Counted from the first letter of the stretch, positions 12,546-27,004 are shown. The stretch: 64,000 nucleotides of DNA from Lama guanicoe (GCA_013239625.1 MU054026.1:868001-932000); one strand, 5' to 3'. Made by a program: numbers and translations. The notes: generated from the letters alone by a model not told the origin.

Positions 12546-13481
12546 TGGAACATCCCTCTCACCCCTCCCGCTGCTCCTGTGCTGGTCAAGGTGACAGAGG
12601 TCCCACAGACCCACGTCAGGACTGAGGACTGGACTTGAAGATTAACTCGCTGCAGTTATTTGAATTATATTATTCTAAGCACCTAATGAAGATGGTTAGT
12701 GTCCACCACAGTTTCCTTGTTTTAAAATTATTTTTTCTATTACTTCTTTCCTTTCTGTCCTTCCAAAAGGTAAACTCTTATTTGAAGATATATTGAAAAG
12801 AAGTCTTAATAAAGACATGTCTTTCACTGGTTCCTAGCATTTAAAACTTTCCAAGTGCTGTCATCTTCAGTATGGGTGGGAAAGAACCCATTTTGGCAAT
12901 TTTTCCTGAGATTATCCTGCTAATGAAGACTCCAGAGTTTCAACTGGGCCGTGTACAAATGTAGGCTCCCTTGGCTTTCAAAATTCCCACCCTGGGACCA
13001 GGTTCTTGCCACCTCGCCATATGCTTAGCATATTTCACTCAGTAAAGTCAAGTTGGAACCATATTTTTCCTACTGCTTCACCATGATTGTTTGTGCAACA
13101 GATGCAGGTAATCCATCAAATCTAGGAGAAACTAAGAGGAAATTGCTGTTGTTACCATAGACACCAAAACACAGATAAGTGTTTGCTTAAAAAATCAACG
13201 TTGACCATAACTTTGACCCTTTGGGAAAATAGTGTATCATTAGTATCAAAGTATTTAAATAATTGATTCGGAGGTAGATTAAACAAAAGCTCCATGGAAA
13301 TAAGAGTTGTAGAATTGGATGGGAGAAATAATAATGATAATAAATAACATGTGACTAAAGCTTTGTAGTTTGCAAACTACTTCCTAAATCATTTACATAT
13401 TTAAAGTTTTCAGCAGCTCATAAGAGGCAACATTTTAGAGATGAAGGAAATAAAATTTAGTCCTGGGAAGTGATTGAATAA

Positions 13482-13639
13482 GTATTTCCAGATAAAATAC
13501 AAGTGTGATATATCCAGCTGAATCTGAATGTCAGATAAGCAACACATTTTAGTTTAAATATGTTTCAAATATTGCACACTTATCTGAAATTCAAATTTTG
13601 GGTGTCCTACAACTTTATATGCTGAATCTGGGAATCCTA
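13482..13639. mobile_element. MER53-like palindromic DNA-transposon MITE (internally deleted)
   Basis: Inverted arms 'ccagataaaatacaag...tgaatgtcagataa' and 'ttatctgaaattcaaattt...gtccta...atctgggaatccta'. Confidence 0.75.
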
Positions 13640-16600
13640 GACAAAACTAAGGTCGCAAAGTTTATACTTGACACAACAGAAAATCTTTAATAACCAGTGG
13701 AGAAGGTGATGGTTGACATAAACTTTGAACTTTCTAGTATACACTCAGGTGAAATTATTGTCATTGTCAGGAGATAACAAGAGACAACTTCTTCACATCC
13801 CAGGTATAAAGCTGGTTTGAAATTGTCCATGAACAGGCACCAGTTCTGGTGGGCATCTTTTAAATAGGTGGGAGTATACTGACCCAGGTGGGAATAAGAA
13901 TTCTTCAGGTAGACTTCTTCACATCCTCCAATTACTGAGGGTTAAAGAATTCTCTGAATGCAATGTGCACTCTGGGACATTTATCAAAAATTATCCCATC
14001 ATTTAAAAAACTGACCAATGGGTTTCAAGTCTCACTGTGGAGAATAGATCCCAAAAGGTGCATTTCATGCACAAAAGAGAACTAAGACCCTTGAGCTTCA
14101 TGAACGCTTTGGGAAAGAGTGTGAAAAGTAAGTCAATGAAGCTATAGTAGAAAACTTCGGCCGACTTCTTGGTTATTCTCCAGCACAGGTATTTATAGAG
14201 CCTACTAAATCCTACATAGTCCCACATATATTTTCACTAATGAAGTTTTTTTAATAGCAGTTTTCAGACTGCTAAAGCTATATGTGAGTACAAGGCTAAA
14301 CAGATAAGAAGCCTATTACTTCTATCAATAGACATTATAACAAAAATTTGAGTTCTTAATTTCAGAGTTAGCAATCATAGAGAAATTCTAAAAATAAATT
14401 TATGGCATTTTTTTTCCTAGAAGTGAAGTCACAAGAGTTCTGCAGCTTGCTTTATGACTAGTATCCTGCTAGTCAGAATTGGCCAGGGGTGGCTGGCTGT
14501 GTTCCTTGACTGAAACTGTAAGGTGCATATTATAGGTTTGGATTTAGCAAATGGTTTCCTCTTTTCAGTGAGTGTATTCACAGCATACCAAAAATAAGGC
14601 CTCAGAAGGAGGGTCAAGGCCACTGAGAATCCTAGGAAGTGGGATCTTTTCTTTTAAGTGGCAGAGACAAGAACACGGTGCTGCCTCCAAGAAGGGAATT
14701 GGTTGAATGATAAACTAGGATCACTTACTATGTTTTAGATGAATACACCATTTCAGAGATTCACTCACAGATTTGAGCATTTCTGGAATAAAGTGGCCTG
14801 CAAGTAACATTCCTGGTGCAAATCTCTAGTGTCATGAGGAATGAAGATGTAGACCCTTACTGTGGAATGAAATGATACCACAGAGACTCAGCAAACCCCA
14901 ACCTGTATGAGCTGAAACTAAGTGAGAGGCAGCAGGAAGCTTAACCCTTCACCACAACTGCAACATTGAAAATTATTTAGTATGGTTTTCCAGGGCAGTG
15001 CTAGAAATTACACATTTTCATAAGGCATAGACATGTCTGGAAAGAATGACGCCATTTATATGTCATAGTAGGAGAGCAGATGATACTACAGGTAGAAAGT
15101 GACACAGACGTATTTCAAGAAGAAGCGCAGGCAACACTGTTAGTTGAAGTTTCATGGGAATGGCTCCCCCTGAGCCCAGTCTCATGGATTCTGCCATGTG
15201 AGCACTTTTCCCTTCCTATCAGAACAGAGAGATCAATGAATTATGACCATCTTTGGAATCAAGTTGCTCTTTATTCCCCCTTTGTTATCTGTAGTGCATC
15301 ACGGGAAAATGAATGACCCATAAGTATCTCATGCTTAAATTTCCTTCCTTTAGGAATTGAGCTTACTTGCCATTTGAGATTTAAGTCATCTAGCCTATTT
15401 GAGTAGCCAAATATAATGGAAATGTCTAATGAGATTTCACCACAGATGGAGATGTAGTACAAGGGAACAGATTGTCCACACATTTTACTATAGTGTCTCC
15501 AGCTTTCAAACAGTTCAGAACATCCCTATCATTTGCCAGAATGGCGTCACTGGTGAAGGCCATGGACACTGTGACTGTTCGTCCCTAATCCCAAGGGAGC
15601 AATGCCGCATCCATGGAGAGGAGTGAACTTTCTGACCTTAAGACAGAAGATTTAATGCTGGGTACAAAACAGATAAATGCCGTCTGGGCATAGCATGTGA
15701 TACACATTCTTATAAAACAACTTTCGTTAGTTTCTGTTCCTTGGTTCTTCAAGTGTTTGACTCATTCTACTTACATAAACAAAATTTGCTCTGGTCTAGA
15801 GGATAAAACGTTTTCTAATTTTGGCAAACAATACAAAATGATCTGCTTAAATGGAGACTGATAATATTGTTGCCTTGCACTTTGGAGCCCAGTTGGCAAA
15901 CAGCAAGTTAGGGAAAACATGAACTCTGCAGAAAGGATTTAGAGATCCTTCTTGCCTTATCTTTTCATGAAACAGAGAAGATGAGAAAGGAGAGAGGAAC
16001 TGTCACCAAACTTTGATGCAGGAAAACATATATAGAAACTTGAATCCAATGTACAGTGCTTCTCAGACTATAGCTCCTTGAACATGCTGTTTACCCCCCC
16101 CCCCAAAGCATGAAGGACCAGAAAAGTCAGAGATGCCACCATCAAGGGCAAGAAGCTATTGGGAAACATAAACTTGTGATTTCAAGGAGGAACTTGGAAA
16201 AAATTTTTAGAACAAAGAAGTAATACATCTATCCTTTGCCCAAATTCACTTATATAGCTACTGTTCTACCAAGCAGGGAAAAGAAACCACCCATATATCT
16301 GGGGACCTTGCGTCTTGGTGTGCTGATATCTCTAGGAACAATTTAAAAGATTGTTAGTGTCTTTATTTTCCAACAAATGGTTTTCAGTGAAATTTGTGTA
16401 AGTATGGAGACGTTTATTGTCACTGGCTATGTCTTACCAATTTGTAGGGCACTTCACGAGAAGTTGACTTCTCTAAGGAACTGGGAAGACTTGGAGAGAC
16501 TGTCTCTGAAGAGAGGAATCAAACAGAAAAGCTTGATCCATTAAATACAGTCTTAATAATTAGAGGGTGTATGTGCCTCTTGGAGTTGAACTGAGGCTCC

Positions 16601-17367
16601 CAGCATAGCCTAAAAGGTAAGGAGAACAGGTAAAGAAAACATTAAAAAAGCTATTTTTAGGAAGACCTATGTCAGATACTAGAGAGTGAGGTAGCCGTCC
16701 AACAGTAAAACTCTCACATAATAGAACATTACAGAAAGAGAGACAGTGAACTCTTCTTGCTCTTGACCACAGGCTGCCAACCACACTTGCCCCACTGGAG
16801 GCTCCAGTGCAACCCTGCTCTAAGCTCACTTCCGTCTGTAAAGCAGTAATGATGGTATCAGTATGTTATGATATGAAGGGTAGCGTAAGATCCGTTGGTC
16901 TGTACTCTTAGAAGCTGAAAGAGTGTTAGACACTATTCAATAAATGAAGAAGAAGGAAGGGAGGGAGGGAGGGTGGAAGGGAGCAAGGAAACGGATAATG
17001 AGAATGAGCAAATTTTCTAAGATCACAAATATTACTTGTAACAAATTCATCAGTAGATTTCATCTTTATTTCTTCCCAGTTTGGTATTTTTCAAGTATGT
17101 CAGCTAGCTTAGGCCACATCTACAATGTACTTCAAAGTAATCTGCTCTGGGCAGGGAGTTGCTACGTACACGCTAAGGGGTTTAAGCTCTAGCTGTAGGA
17201 GCCGTGGTCCTCATTAGGAATGCACTCTGCAGGGGTGAGAGACTTTTTCACTTTGTGAAGAAGTCTATATTCTGGAAACAGCTACTACAAGGCATCTTGT
17301 TACACATGCTAGACTGGTGAGTGGGAGAAATATTTTTTTATTGGTGAATTTAGTAATTTATCCATGG

Positions 17368-17516
17368 CAGGTTGACTCCCGGGATGTGGAACCTGCAGAT
17401 ATGGGAGGGCCTATTGTGAGATGCCATTGAGAAAAAGGGATTTGGGAATCTGGCAGATTTTGGTATCTGCAGGGTTCCTGGAGCCAATCCCCTGTGGATA
17501 CCTAGGGACGACTGTA
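17368..17516. mobile_element. MER2/MER2B-like TcMar-Tigger MITE fragment
   Basis: 'gattttggtatctgcagggttcctggagccaatcccctgtggatacctagggacgactg' + TA matches the MER2 terminus. Confidence 0.8.
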
Positions 17517-20500
17517 CAACTTTTAGTGGTCATTATGAAGCATTTTAGATGACCAAGAGGAGAGAGATTTGGAGGAAGGGATTGAGTTTTGCTGCTACTT
17601 ATTTCAGAGTTGGAAGGCCATGTACTCTACTGCATACACACCCTTGGTGTGTGCAGAGCCCACACTGAAAATGTTATCTTTTTTTTTCAGCAAATAAACA
17701 GAGTTGAGGATGGGAACTCTAAGGGATTTGACAAAAAAAAAAAAAGAGAGAGAGAGAGGTTATTAAATAAAGATATGGATTTGAGGAGCTAAGAGTGATG
17801 CTTTTTAGAAGCACTTTTAAGAAGCTTCTTTTTTGGAAGGAATAGCGACACCTGGGGAAGTGGCATTAAATAAATAATGCTGCCAAAAGCAGATCAGGAG
17901 CTTAGATGCTCTGTGAGCACAGATTCACAGAGCTAAATTAATGAGGACAGCTTGTATTCAATCATTTGACAGCCTGAATGCTATTTGTCACTGAAATGTA
18001 ACTTAATATACATTTTATATGCTATAAAATGCTCACCTTCAGATTGAGTGTATTGCAATATGAATATATATACGTGTGTGTGTGTGCGCACGCACACGTG
18101 TGGATGTGTGTATTTTTCTCCGCCTAATTTTCCATGGGGATGCATGTTGTCAGAAGGACACGCCCTTAGATGTCGAGCTGGGAGGGCAGGACAATTAGAT
18201 GGTTCCTGCACCTGGCACCTGGCAATCTGCTAAAGAATTCCTACTATTGGGGTAGGCTACAGGGTTCCTTATACACTTTAACCCACTCACACCCTCCACC
18301 TGTCCATTTGTACACTGTTGCCAGGTTCACCTTCCTCAATCTCTAAATTTACCATATCCCTTCCAATTTACAAGTTTTCAACAATTACTTATCACCGATG
18401 AAATTCACATGCCTTCATCTGGCAGCTCAGACCTTGCTAGGTGTTAGCCTACAGAAACACTTCTCTTGGGGTAAACTGGGGGTTTTCATGTTTGCTAGAC
18501 CCAACTTAAACTTTCTTAGCTGTACTTTTCCAAGACTTTTCAGTCTTCTTGCTTTGCAAAATCTCATTCTGAAAAGAATCCAAGGTCTTGCGCTTACCGG
18601 GGTTGGGGTCGGGGTGGGGAAAGATGGGTGAACTCCCAGATTCTCTGTGTAGTTCCAGGGGAAAAGAAAGAAGGAAGTTATAAAAATCTCTCTTTTAATA
18701 GGAAAGGACAGCTTGCCCACAAACTCTGTGGAGGTATTCATAAGCAATTTACATAATCAACATGAATTCCAAGTATCTCTGTGCTCAATTACTTCAGATA
18801 AAAACGGTTTGCTCAGTGTAAATTCAGTTGGCCCTCCCACTTCCTATTTGCAGTCAAGGAAAAGCTTTCTTTACCTTACATGGAAAAAGGCTGATCTGGG
18901 ATCAAACCTTGGCATCAGTGTGCCAAGGAAGTGACACTGTATCTTGCTCCATTTAAAAGTATTGATTATTTAGGCTTAAGTCTTCCAATCAGGGTGAGAA
19001 GCATCTAAAGAAAGAATTAAGAGAGAGAAATGTTCAAGGAATGGAAGGGAAAGAGATCCGTCCAGGTCCAAATGCAAAAGAGCCTGGCGCCATGCCTCTT
19101 GGACTGTGCCAGCCATCCCATCTGTGGCCAGGCTGAATTAACATAGGCTAAAAAAAAAATCTGTACTATGAAATATGAGTCTGTCAATGTTTCTTTTTCC
19201 TTATTCTTCTGCTAAGACGAATGACAATCTCAGACTAAGAATGCAACATTGTTTTCCCTTTATCTAAGATATGTTTGATTGGGGAGCAGTACATGTATGG
19301 AGCTTTGCATGGTGGGAGCAGCACGAGGGGTAGCTAGAGTCCCAAAATGAGATTGGGAAGCAGAAGTAGAGAGAAATGAAACCAAGCAGCAAACCCTATC
19401 CTTTATTTTCCAAACAAAGGGATTCATATGATCAGAGCTATACTCCTGGCCAGAGGTGTGCTGAAGAACACACCATGGGTTATTTCTGTCATTTAATACT
19501 TCCAGTTTATTTCCTAAAATCGTAAGTTGGTTTCATGTCCCCCTTTCTCCACTCATCCCATTCCATGTGAGACCTAGTAAACATCAAGCACTCAATAGCC
19601 TTCAGATTGTGACGGTGGTAGTGGTGGCAGAGAGAAGGCTGTATTTACATGTCCATCCTCATGGTGTCCCATTTTTTAAGCCCTTTGGTGTATCATTCTT
19701 GGTGGCAAGATTTGGGAGGGCCCAATTGGGTGACAGGCGTGACTTTTGCTTTTGAGAGGTAAAAAAGGGGTGAAGCCTGATGGGAAATAAAGAGGCAGCA
19801 GTTTATGGAGACCCCACAGGTTGTTTTTATTTGTTTAATTCTGTTTACCAGGTTAGAAAAGAGAACAAAGACTTAATGCAAAGTCTGGAGCAAGAATGAA
19901 CCTTCCCTCAGCTACTGAAATCTCTTATAAGGATGAAAAGTAATCCTTCCTATTTGTCTCCATCACCAAAAGAGGTCGGGGAGAGAGATGCTAATTTTGG
20001 GGGTCAGAAGATTTTAGGGCACTGAGTGGATCCTGTTTTCTGGTACGTGAAGTTTCTCTTCCCTCTTATTTCTACTTTTACACATACTCCGGAGAGAGAA
20101 TATTTTGTGCATCCCCTGTCTCTCTGTGTCTTTGTCCTTTTCTCTCTGGCAGAAGAGGCATGACAGTGGGGAACATATAACATGCAATGGCAAATAGTAT
20201 GGCGTACTGCTTTATGACAGTGATTCTAAGACTAGAATTTCATGGATCAGCAACACTTCCAGGGACTTACATAAGCTTGCTGGTACTACTTCGCCAAGTA
20301 AAACATCTATCTGCATATAAAAAAGTATCAGTAAGCATACAATCTGCCATAATCATAATTTGAAAACATAAAGGACATTTTAACATAAAAACCATAAACA
20401 TAATAAAGTAATATCAGTTTTCAAAAATAATAAATTTGGCTTTAAAAGAAATCTTACTTTTCATATTTTTTTCTGGTGAGGTGAAGACTTCATTATTTGT

Positions 20501-20584
20501 GAGGCTGAAAGTCTGAAAAGAAAAACTGTTCACTGACGTCGAGCTGCTAATTTAAGGCAAATTCTAGATCATAAAGGTCTTCAT

Positions 20585-21600
20585 TTTTTAATCTGTTCAA
20601 AATGGTTAATTGTATTGATTGATTTTTATATATTCAAGCAAACTTGCATTCCTAGGATAAACCCTAGTTGGTCAGAATGTATTTTTTAAAATATATTGTA
20701 TTCAAATTTCTAAAATTACCTGTAGAATTTTTCCAATGATTTCATGAGAGATGTTGCTCTGTAGTTTTCCTTTATTTTGATGGTTTGGTTCAGCTTGGGC
20801 ATCAACATTTAGCTTGCTAAATGGAAGTTACCAAAGAGCTATGCCCACAACCTAATATCCTGGACTTGTGAATATGATCTTATATGGTCAAAGAGTGAAT
20901 ATCGCCTTATGTGGCCAAAACCAATATGATTGCATTAAGGATCTTGAGAGACACGGCTTATCCTGGATTATCTGGTAGGCTCTCAACTCAGTAACAAGTG
21001 TTCTCATAAGACAGAGCCAAAGGGGTGTTTGAGACAGACAGAAGAGGAAAAAACACAGACAAAGAAAGGCGGAAGTTAACACGTCCCCGAGAGGCGAAGA
21101 TAGAAGTGATGTGACCACAAGCCAAGAAATCCCAGGAGACACAAGAAGCTAGAAGAAGCAAGAAAGGATTCTCCCCTAGATGCTTCAGAGGGTTTGTGGT
21201 CCTTCTGGCACTTTGATTTCAGACTTCTAGACTCCAGAGCTGGAAGAAAATAAATTTCTGTTATTTTAAGTCACCTAGTCTGTATGAGTTTGTTATAGCA
21301 ACTGTAAGAAACTAACATACAAGGCAATAATGGTCTCACAGAATGAGTTACTACAGTGATTTGTATCGAGTTAACATTATTTAATTTTTAGGTGTTTGTT
21401 GGAATGCATCAGTGGAGTCATCTGGGCCTAGACCTTTCCTTGTGGGAAGATATTTTTCTTTCCCTACAAGTTCATTTTTTTGTAGTGGATGTAGGGCTAA
21501 GTTATCTGTTTCTTCACAAATAAACTTTAATAGCCTTATTTTTCAAGGAACTCAACTATTTCGCTTATATTTTCAAGTTTATACCATAGAGTTGCTCTGC
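20585..21600 (-). mobile_element. Old L1 ORF2 fragment split by a MaLR LTR
   Basis: 'ttgcattcctaggataaaccctagttggtca' (20643) and 'cagtggagtcatctgggcctagacctttc' (21410) are consecutive reverse L1 ORF2 motifs on either side of the LTR. Confidence 0.7.
20810..21321 (+). mobile_element. MLT1 (MaLR) LTR, MLT1D-like
   Basis: 'ttaaggatcttgaga..ttatcctggattatctgg', 'gattctcccctaga', 'ttgatttcagacttct..ctccaga..aataaatttctgttattttaag..tttgttatagca..aaactaacataca'. Confidence 0.88.
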
Positions 21601-21673
21601 TGTCATCTAGTATTTCTGATATTGATTTTGATAGTTTTGTTTGTTTTGTTCTTCATTTTTTAATTTTTTCGGG

Positions 21674-22026
21674 TGTTTTATGGCTTGAACTGTGCTCCCC
21701 TTCCCACACTCCCTCTAAAAAACACCTCATATTTGAAGTCCTGGCCCTCAGTAGTTTCGAATGTGACCTTATTATGGAAATAGGGTGACTGAAGATATGA
21801 TTTGCTAAGATGAGGTCAAGTGGGGTAGAGGGGGTCTGTAACCCACTATGACTGATGTCCTTAAAAGGAGCGGAGGCTGGGGGATTGGGACACAAATACA
21901 CACACAAGGAGAACATCATGTGACCATAAAGGCAGAAATTGGGGTAATGCATCTATAAGCCAAAGAACCAAAGGTTCTTGCCAGCAAACTACCAGAAGCT
22001 ATGGGAGAGGCAATCAGAGTAGATTT
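21674..22026 (+). mobile_element. MLT1B/C-like LTR, 5' portion only
   Basis: 'tatggcttgaactgtgctcccc..tgaagtcct..gaatgtgaccttattatggaaataggg..taagatgaggtca..ccagaagcta'. Confidence 0.82.
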
Positions 22027-23859
22027 TAGGAAGGACATTGAATCATGAATCACAGGATATGAACAGATTACAGCCAAAGAAATCAAGAACCCTGGGTCTG
22101 GTAATAATGAATTGAGGAGTCCTTTTGAGGTGAGACTGTTACGACCTCCCCATGATGAAGACTGGGATGCCATGGACTGTTTCCATGAGGGATTGTGGAA
22201 GATTCTTCATCCACAAGCTTAGCCTCGGCCAAGAGCTATGAAGAAGTTACCTACTGGACTATGTTCCATAATGCTACTGTAATTATTTTCTTTCACAAAT
22301 GATTTCTAACAATATGTGTCTTTTCTAAGTGGTTTACATATGAGGTTTAAAGACCAATTAACTTAGGAAATTAAATTAAAGGGACCAAACTGAAAGTATT
22401 CCATAACAAAGTCTTGTATGATAGTTTAGCAAGTATTTCAAGAAAGGAAACTCATAGTTTAAAATTAAGCATTTCTTCCAAATTCGTGGTAATTTTGAGA
22501 TTAATTTTTCACGTTCTCCTTTGCTCACACTCATACTGCAGCACATGGCTGTTTAACCCAAGACTCTTGCCCTCAGCTGCCTGTTGCTTTCACACATTTT
22601 TTAATATTTATGAAGTGGAATATTAAGAATGTGATGACTGGATGAAATAAATGAAAAAAAACCAACTCCACCTTGCCCAGTAGAAACACTTCATTTAAAT
22701 CACTACCCCAAAATTGTTAGAGCTAGAGTTTTAACTCCCTGAAAAGACTGATTTCATAGGTAAAAATTATGAGCCGTGGAAACATTAATTTTAGCTTCCT
22801 TATATATCAGCTAATTGAAGCAAAGGGCCCAAGTGTAAAATTCACCAGCAGCGTAGGTTTGATTTAATACGAAAACGTTCTTATCTACAGAGAATAGCAA
22901 AGAGAGACTTGGGCACACACTATAAAGCAATAGTATCTTGACTGGCCTTGCCCTGTGGGGAGAAAAAAAGCAGAACAAAGAATAAGCATCTTGAATTTTG
23001 AATAGACACACATTCAGCTGCAGGGGTAGGTTCCCATGGGCAGTGTGTCTACTTATTTCCCCTTATAAATTCTAATTTTCCATCCTACAATTAAAAAAAA
23101 AAAGATTAATGAACATTTTCAGGGAAGGAGATCAGACATACTCCCTTAGCATCTTTCCTTGACATCTCACATAACCTTTTAGCATCTTTTTCATATTTTC
23201 TGGTTAATTTAATCTGGGAAATTTTTACTATGGCCAAAATCTGCTGGAGAAAATGCAAATAATAGATCAGAGCATGCTCTCTCTCTCTACTTTGTTATAA
23301 AGCCATTTTTCATGATGCGTCATTACTCTTGGGCATTCTAGTCTCTTAAACGTGGGCTTTTAAGTTTTGTGGATCTTCAAAGGGAATGAATGTTTGCATT
23401 CAATTCAATAAATATCTGTTAAATGGCTGTATGCACCAGACATGTACAAAACCCTGGAAATACCAAGACAAATAGGACACAATTCATTCCCTCAAGGATG
23501 CAGTGGGGTGACAGATACATTTACCATCACCATATTGCAACATGCTAAGAGCTGTGTACATGGCATAAAAAAATTGCCCTGGAATCCCAGAAAAAGAAAA
23601 TTTTTCCTTGCAGCCTTTGTATTCCACTTCACCGCTACTTAACAAAAACAACAAAATGCAATCACAGAGGAGTGATGAACTTGAATGTGACAGGCAGCTT
23701 CTGAGACACAGAGCTGGCAGTTTTGTGAGGCAGGGCCAGCTCGAAGTGGCTTGCTCTGTGGGTAACAAGATGCTGAGTTGTTTTTCAGAGACAACAGAAC
23801 AAAACCACAAGTCATGCAGTGGAGGCATGTGCAGAGGAGGAATTTTTGACTTTAAATAA

Positions 23860-24186
23860 CACCTGGAACCAAAGTTTTCCCTGCTGCATCGAACCAAAGG
23901 ACCAAGACAGGATTATAAACTGGACACCAGTCCAGGAAGATCCAGTATTGAAACCCATTTACCACACCTTACCATAAAGGGCCAGGTTCCAAAGCCCTCC
24001 AGCTAAAACCTGCCCCACCAGTGCTCCCACATACAAGCTCATCTTCCCCTAACCCATAAAAGTTCCACCTGATTCCACATGAGAACCTTCCCAGTCAGCT
24101 TTGCAATAAAGCCTTTTCTTTTCTCAAAAGCCATTGTCATAGTATTTGCTTCCATGTGTTGGGCAGCGAGCCTCTGCTTGGTAACA
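23860..24186 (+). mobile_element. ERV1-class LTR (3' part)
   Basis: TATA-like 'cccataaaag', 'gcaataaagccttttcttttctcaaaagcc', terminal 'ggtaaca'; 5' boundary uncertain. Confidence 0.6.
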
Positions 24187-24924
24187 GTTTAGTCTGCCCT
24201 AGGAAGGTATCCTGAGTTTGATTTATCCATAGTGTGAAGACACAGTCAGTTCAACATGGAAGGAGTGCATAGAGCAAGCAGAGTGGAAAACGGAAGCCAG
24301 CTTCATTCTTAGGCTGAAACACTTTGTTCCGCACACATCCTTAAACCCACATAACTTTATACACCTTTAGAAAATTTATCATCTGGATATTATCAGAGTT
24401 CCTTTTGGGAATAAGTTTACTATGAGTTTTTGAGAGAAGGAGATACTACACTTGATGATCAATGACTACAAAGATTTTAATCTACTTTTGTTTCTTATGT
24501 ATCTTTTGAAAATGATTATAAGGGTAAAAATGCTGGTGGATCAACTTTTTCTCTTTTCCTTTTTTTTTCCCCTTTGCATCTTCAGCTTAATAAGTTTTTA
24601 AAGAAACATATAAGAAAGAAAAACATGGCTAGCTAGTGGATACTTTGGTTCATAAATATATTTCTAAATCCTACATCTATTCTATTTAAATGTATCAGAT
24701 TAATATTTTAAATGAGACGGTAATCTATCCTCTAATTATATAGTATTTGTTGGTGATGGGGATTTATTCAGCCTGGAAAAAGTCATGATTTAGGGTGCAC
24801 AAAGGGTTTCTGTAATAAGAATTACTTTTTAATTTACTCAGGGATCTCCAAATTCTAGGACTGAGAGACAGTGAGGACTACTGTTTTTGCAACTGCTATA
24901 AGATACGCTCTAGCAATGTTACTT

Positions 24925-26010
24925 ATTTGAACTCTTTATTTGAAAATATTTTCAAAGCCACAGAATAATCACAGCCATACAAAAAGCCCCTGTATGACCT
25001 TCACATAACTTCCCTGTTAACTCTCACACTTTCCCTAGCATCTTCTCTCTGGTTTGTATTTTCTTTTTCTGAGCCGTGTGAGAGTAAGGTGCACACATGA
25101 TATCCTATTAACCTTGAATGCTTCAATGTATATTAGCATAAAAAGAGACGCTTTCTCCTCAGAGCAGTAGTACAGCCATCAAAATGAGGAAATTAATATT
25201 ATCCGATATTACCGTCTTATTAACCAATCCCACTCAAATTCAATCCACTGTTTCAGTGGTGTCTATAATATCCAGAATCACGTGTTGCGTCTGGTCATCA
25301 TGGTCCTCTAATGTCCTCAATCTGGAGTAATGCCTCAGTCTTTCCTTATCTTTACTGACTGGGATATTTTTAAAGATTAGAGCCCAGACACCTTGTAGAA
25401 TTTCCATCAGTTTAGATTTGATTGCATTTCCCCATAATATATGCATAACTTATATATAAGCAAATAACAATTTGGGAGGGATGGGAATATATTAAAAGTG
25501 ATGTTATGTTCTTTTTACTGCATCACATTAAGAAACACATGATATCAATTTGTTTCATTACAGGGGATATTAACTTTCACCACTTGGTTAAGATGATGTC
25601 TGACTTATTTCTGCACTGTAAAGTTAATAAGTATTTTAAATAATTAATAAGTAATAACCATTGTATGAGAAGATATTAAGACTTCTACTGCAATGCAGAG
25701 TTGTCCCTTCTTCCTCATTTATTTTTTCAGTTATTAATTTATACCAGAATACAATCATAAGTTGTTATTTTACAATCTAAAACTATTTTACATCTGTATC
25801 ACTATACCCCTATCTCTGTTTCTATCTCTAGCTCTATCATGTTCAAATTATCCCAGTCTTGGCTAATAAGAAACCCTTCAAGCTGGCTTTTACCTTTAGG
25901 CATATCCCCCACCTTTTCTGCAAATTTTTTTACTTTCTGTTATAATTTCTTGGGAATCATGTGCTACTTTTGTGCATCAGTTTTTTGGAGCCAGCCATTT
26001 CACCAAGGGT
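24925..26010 (-). mobile_element. Old L1 (L1MC/L1ME-type) 3' UTR
   Basis: Reverse L1M 3' motifs ('ccttgtagaatttccatcagtttagatttg', 'gatattaactttcaccacttggttaagatg', 'cagccatttcaccaagg'). Confidence 0.7.
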
Positions 26011-26379
26011 TCCTTCCTTCCTGCCTTCCTCCCTTCCTTCCTTCCTCTTTCTTTCTCTTTCTATCTTTCTTTACCTTTATATCTTTCTTTTTCTTCCTTT
26101 CTTTCTCTCTCTCTTTCTTTCTTTCTTTTTTTTCAGAATGGTATTTAGAAATTAAACATATGTGCGCACACACACTCACATATTCCTACCTTATCTATCT
26201 TTATCTTTCTGTCTCTCTCTCTCATCTATCTTAAAAATCAAAAGTTTACTCCACTCCCTCCAATTGCAATCCAACACTAAAGAGTTGATTTTAGTATCCA
26301 CATTTTATTACGGGTACAGTGAGAAATCTGGCTCCGGTCATCTTCAAAGTATTTACTTAGTTTTCTTTCTTCTTTTCTT

Positions 26380-26506
26380 TAATTTATATATATTTTAAAT
26401 TCAGTTACAGTCAGTTTACAATGTTGTGTCCATTTCTGGTGTGCAGCACAATGCTTCAGGCATGCATGAACATACACATATTCATTTTCACATTCTCTTT
26501 CACTGT
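26380..26506 (-). mobile_element. Short L1 3' end
   Basis: 'agtcagtttacaatgttgtgtccatttctggtgtgcagcac...catgaacatacacatattcattttcacatt' is the same family as the 43-kb and 57-kb copies. Confidence 0.8.
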
Positions 26507-26977
26507 ACTTACTTTCCTTAGTCTCCCCTGCCTATAACCAACTTGCCTGCCACAGCAGCACAAAGTTCAGTCCTGGACATACTTCCAACCTCCACCCTGG
26601 CACACTTCCTAGAATCAAGACCCAGGCAAAGAGAAAGGGAAGAAAAAGGAAGACAGAGGTAGGGGGAAAGTGATATATCTATTTATTCAATTATTGAAGC
26701 ATGGTTTGTCTTTAATTATTGAAACTGTATTTGAGGTATTTTGTACTGGTCGTAGCATGGAATATAAGCATTTCATTTAAGTTATACCACTTGGCCCACT
26801 GTCATAACGAGGTATGATTACCCTTTGAGGTGAAATGAGGACACCCCAGGTACACATAATTCTCTGTTTCTGTTTTTTTTTCCCACAGAGGATATTTACA
26901 AATTTTCATCCAAAGAAAAAAGGATAGAAGTGGTAAGAACTATGAAAGAAACAGAAAGGCTAACACCTGAGCATGGT

Positions 26978-27004
26978 TGTGTGTGTGTGTGTGTGTGTGT
27001 GTGT
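26978..27004. repeat. (GT)n microsatellite
   Basis: About 13 perfect GT units. Confidence 0.95.

Noticed and set aside
13787..13928. 14-bp direct repeat acttcttcacatcc as the TSD of a small insertion
   Set aside because: The enclosed sequence has no A-tail, terminal repeats or recognisable family.
15429..15626. Cys-rich ORF (CQNGV..GHGHCDC) resembling an integrin/EGF module
   Set aside because: Cysteine spacing does not continue, there are no convincing splice sites, and no partner exons were found.
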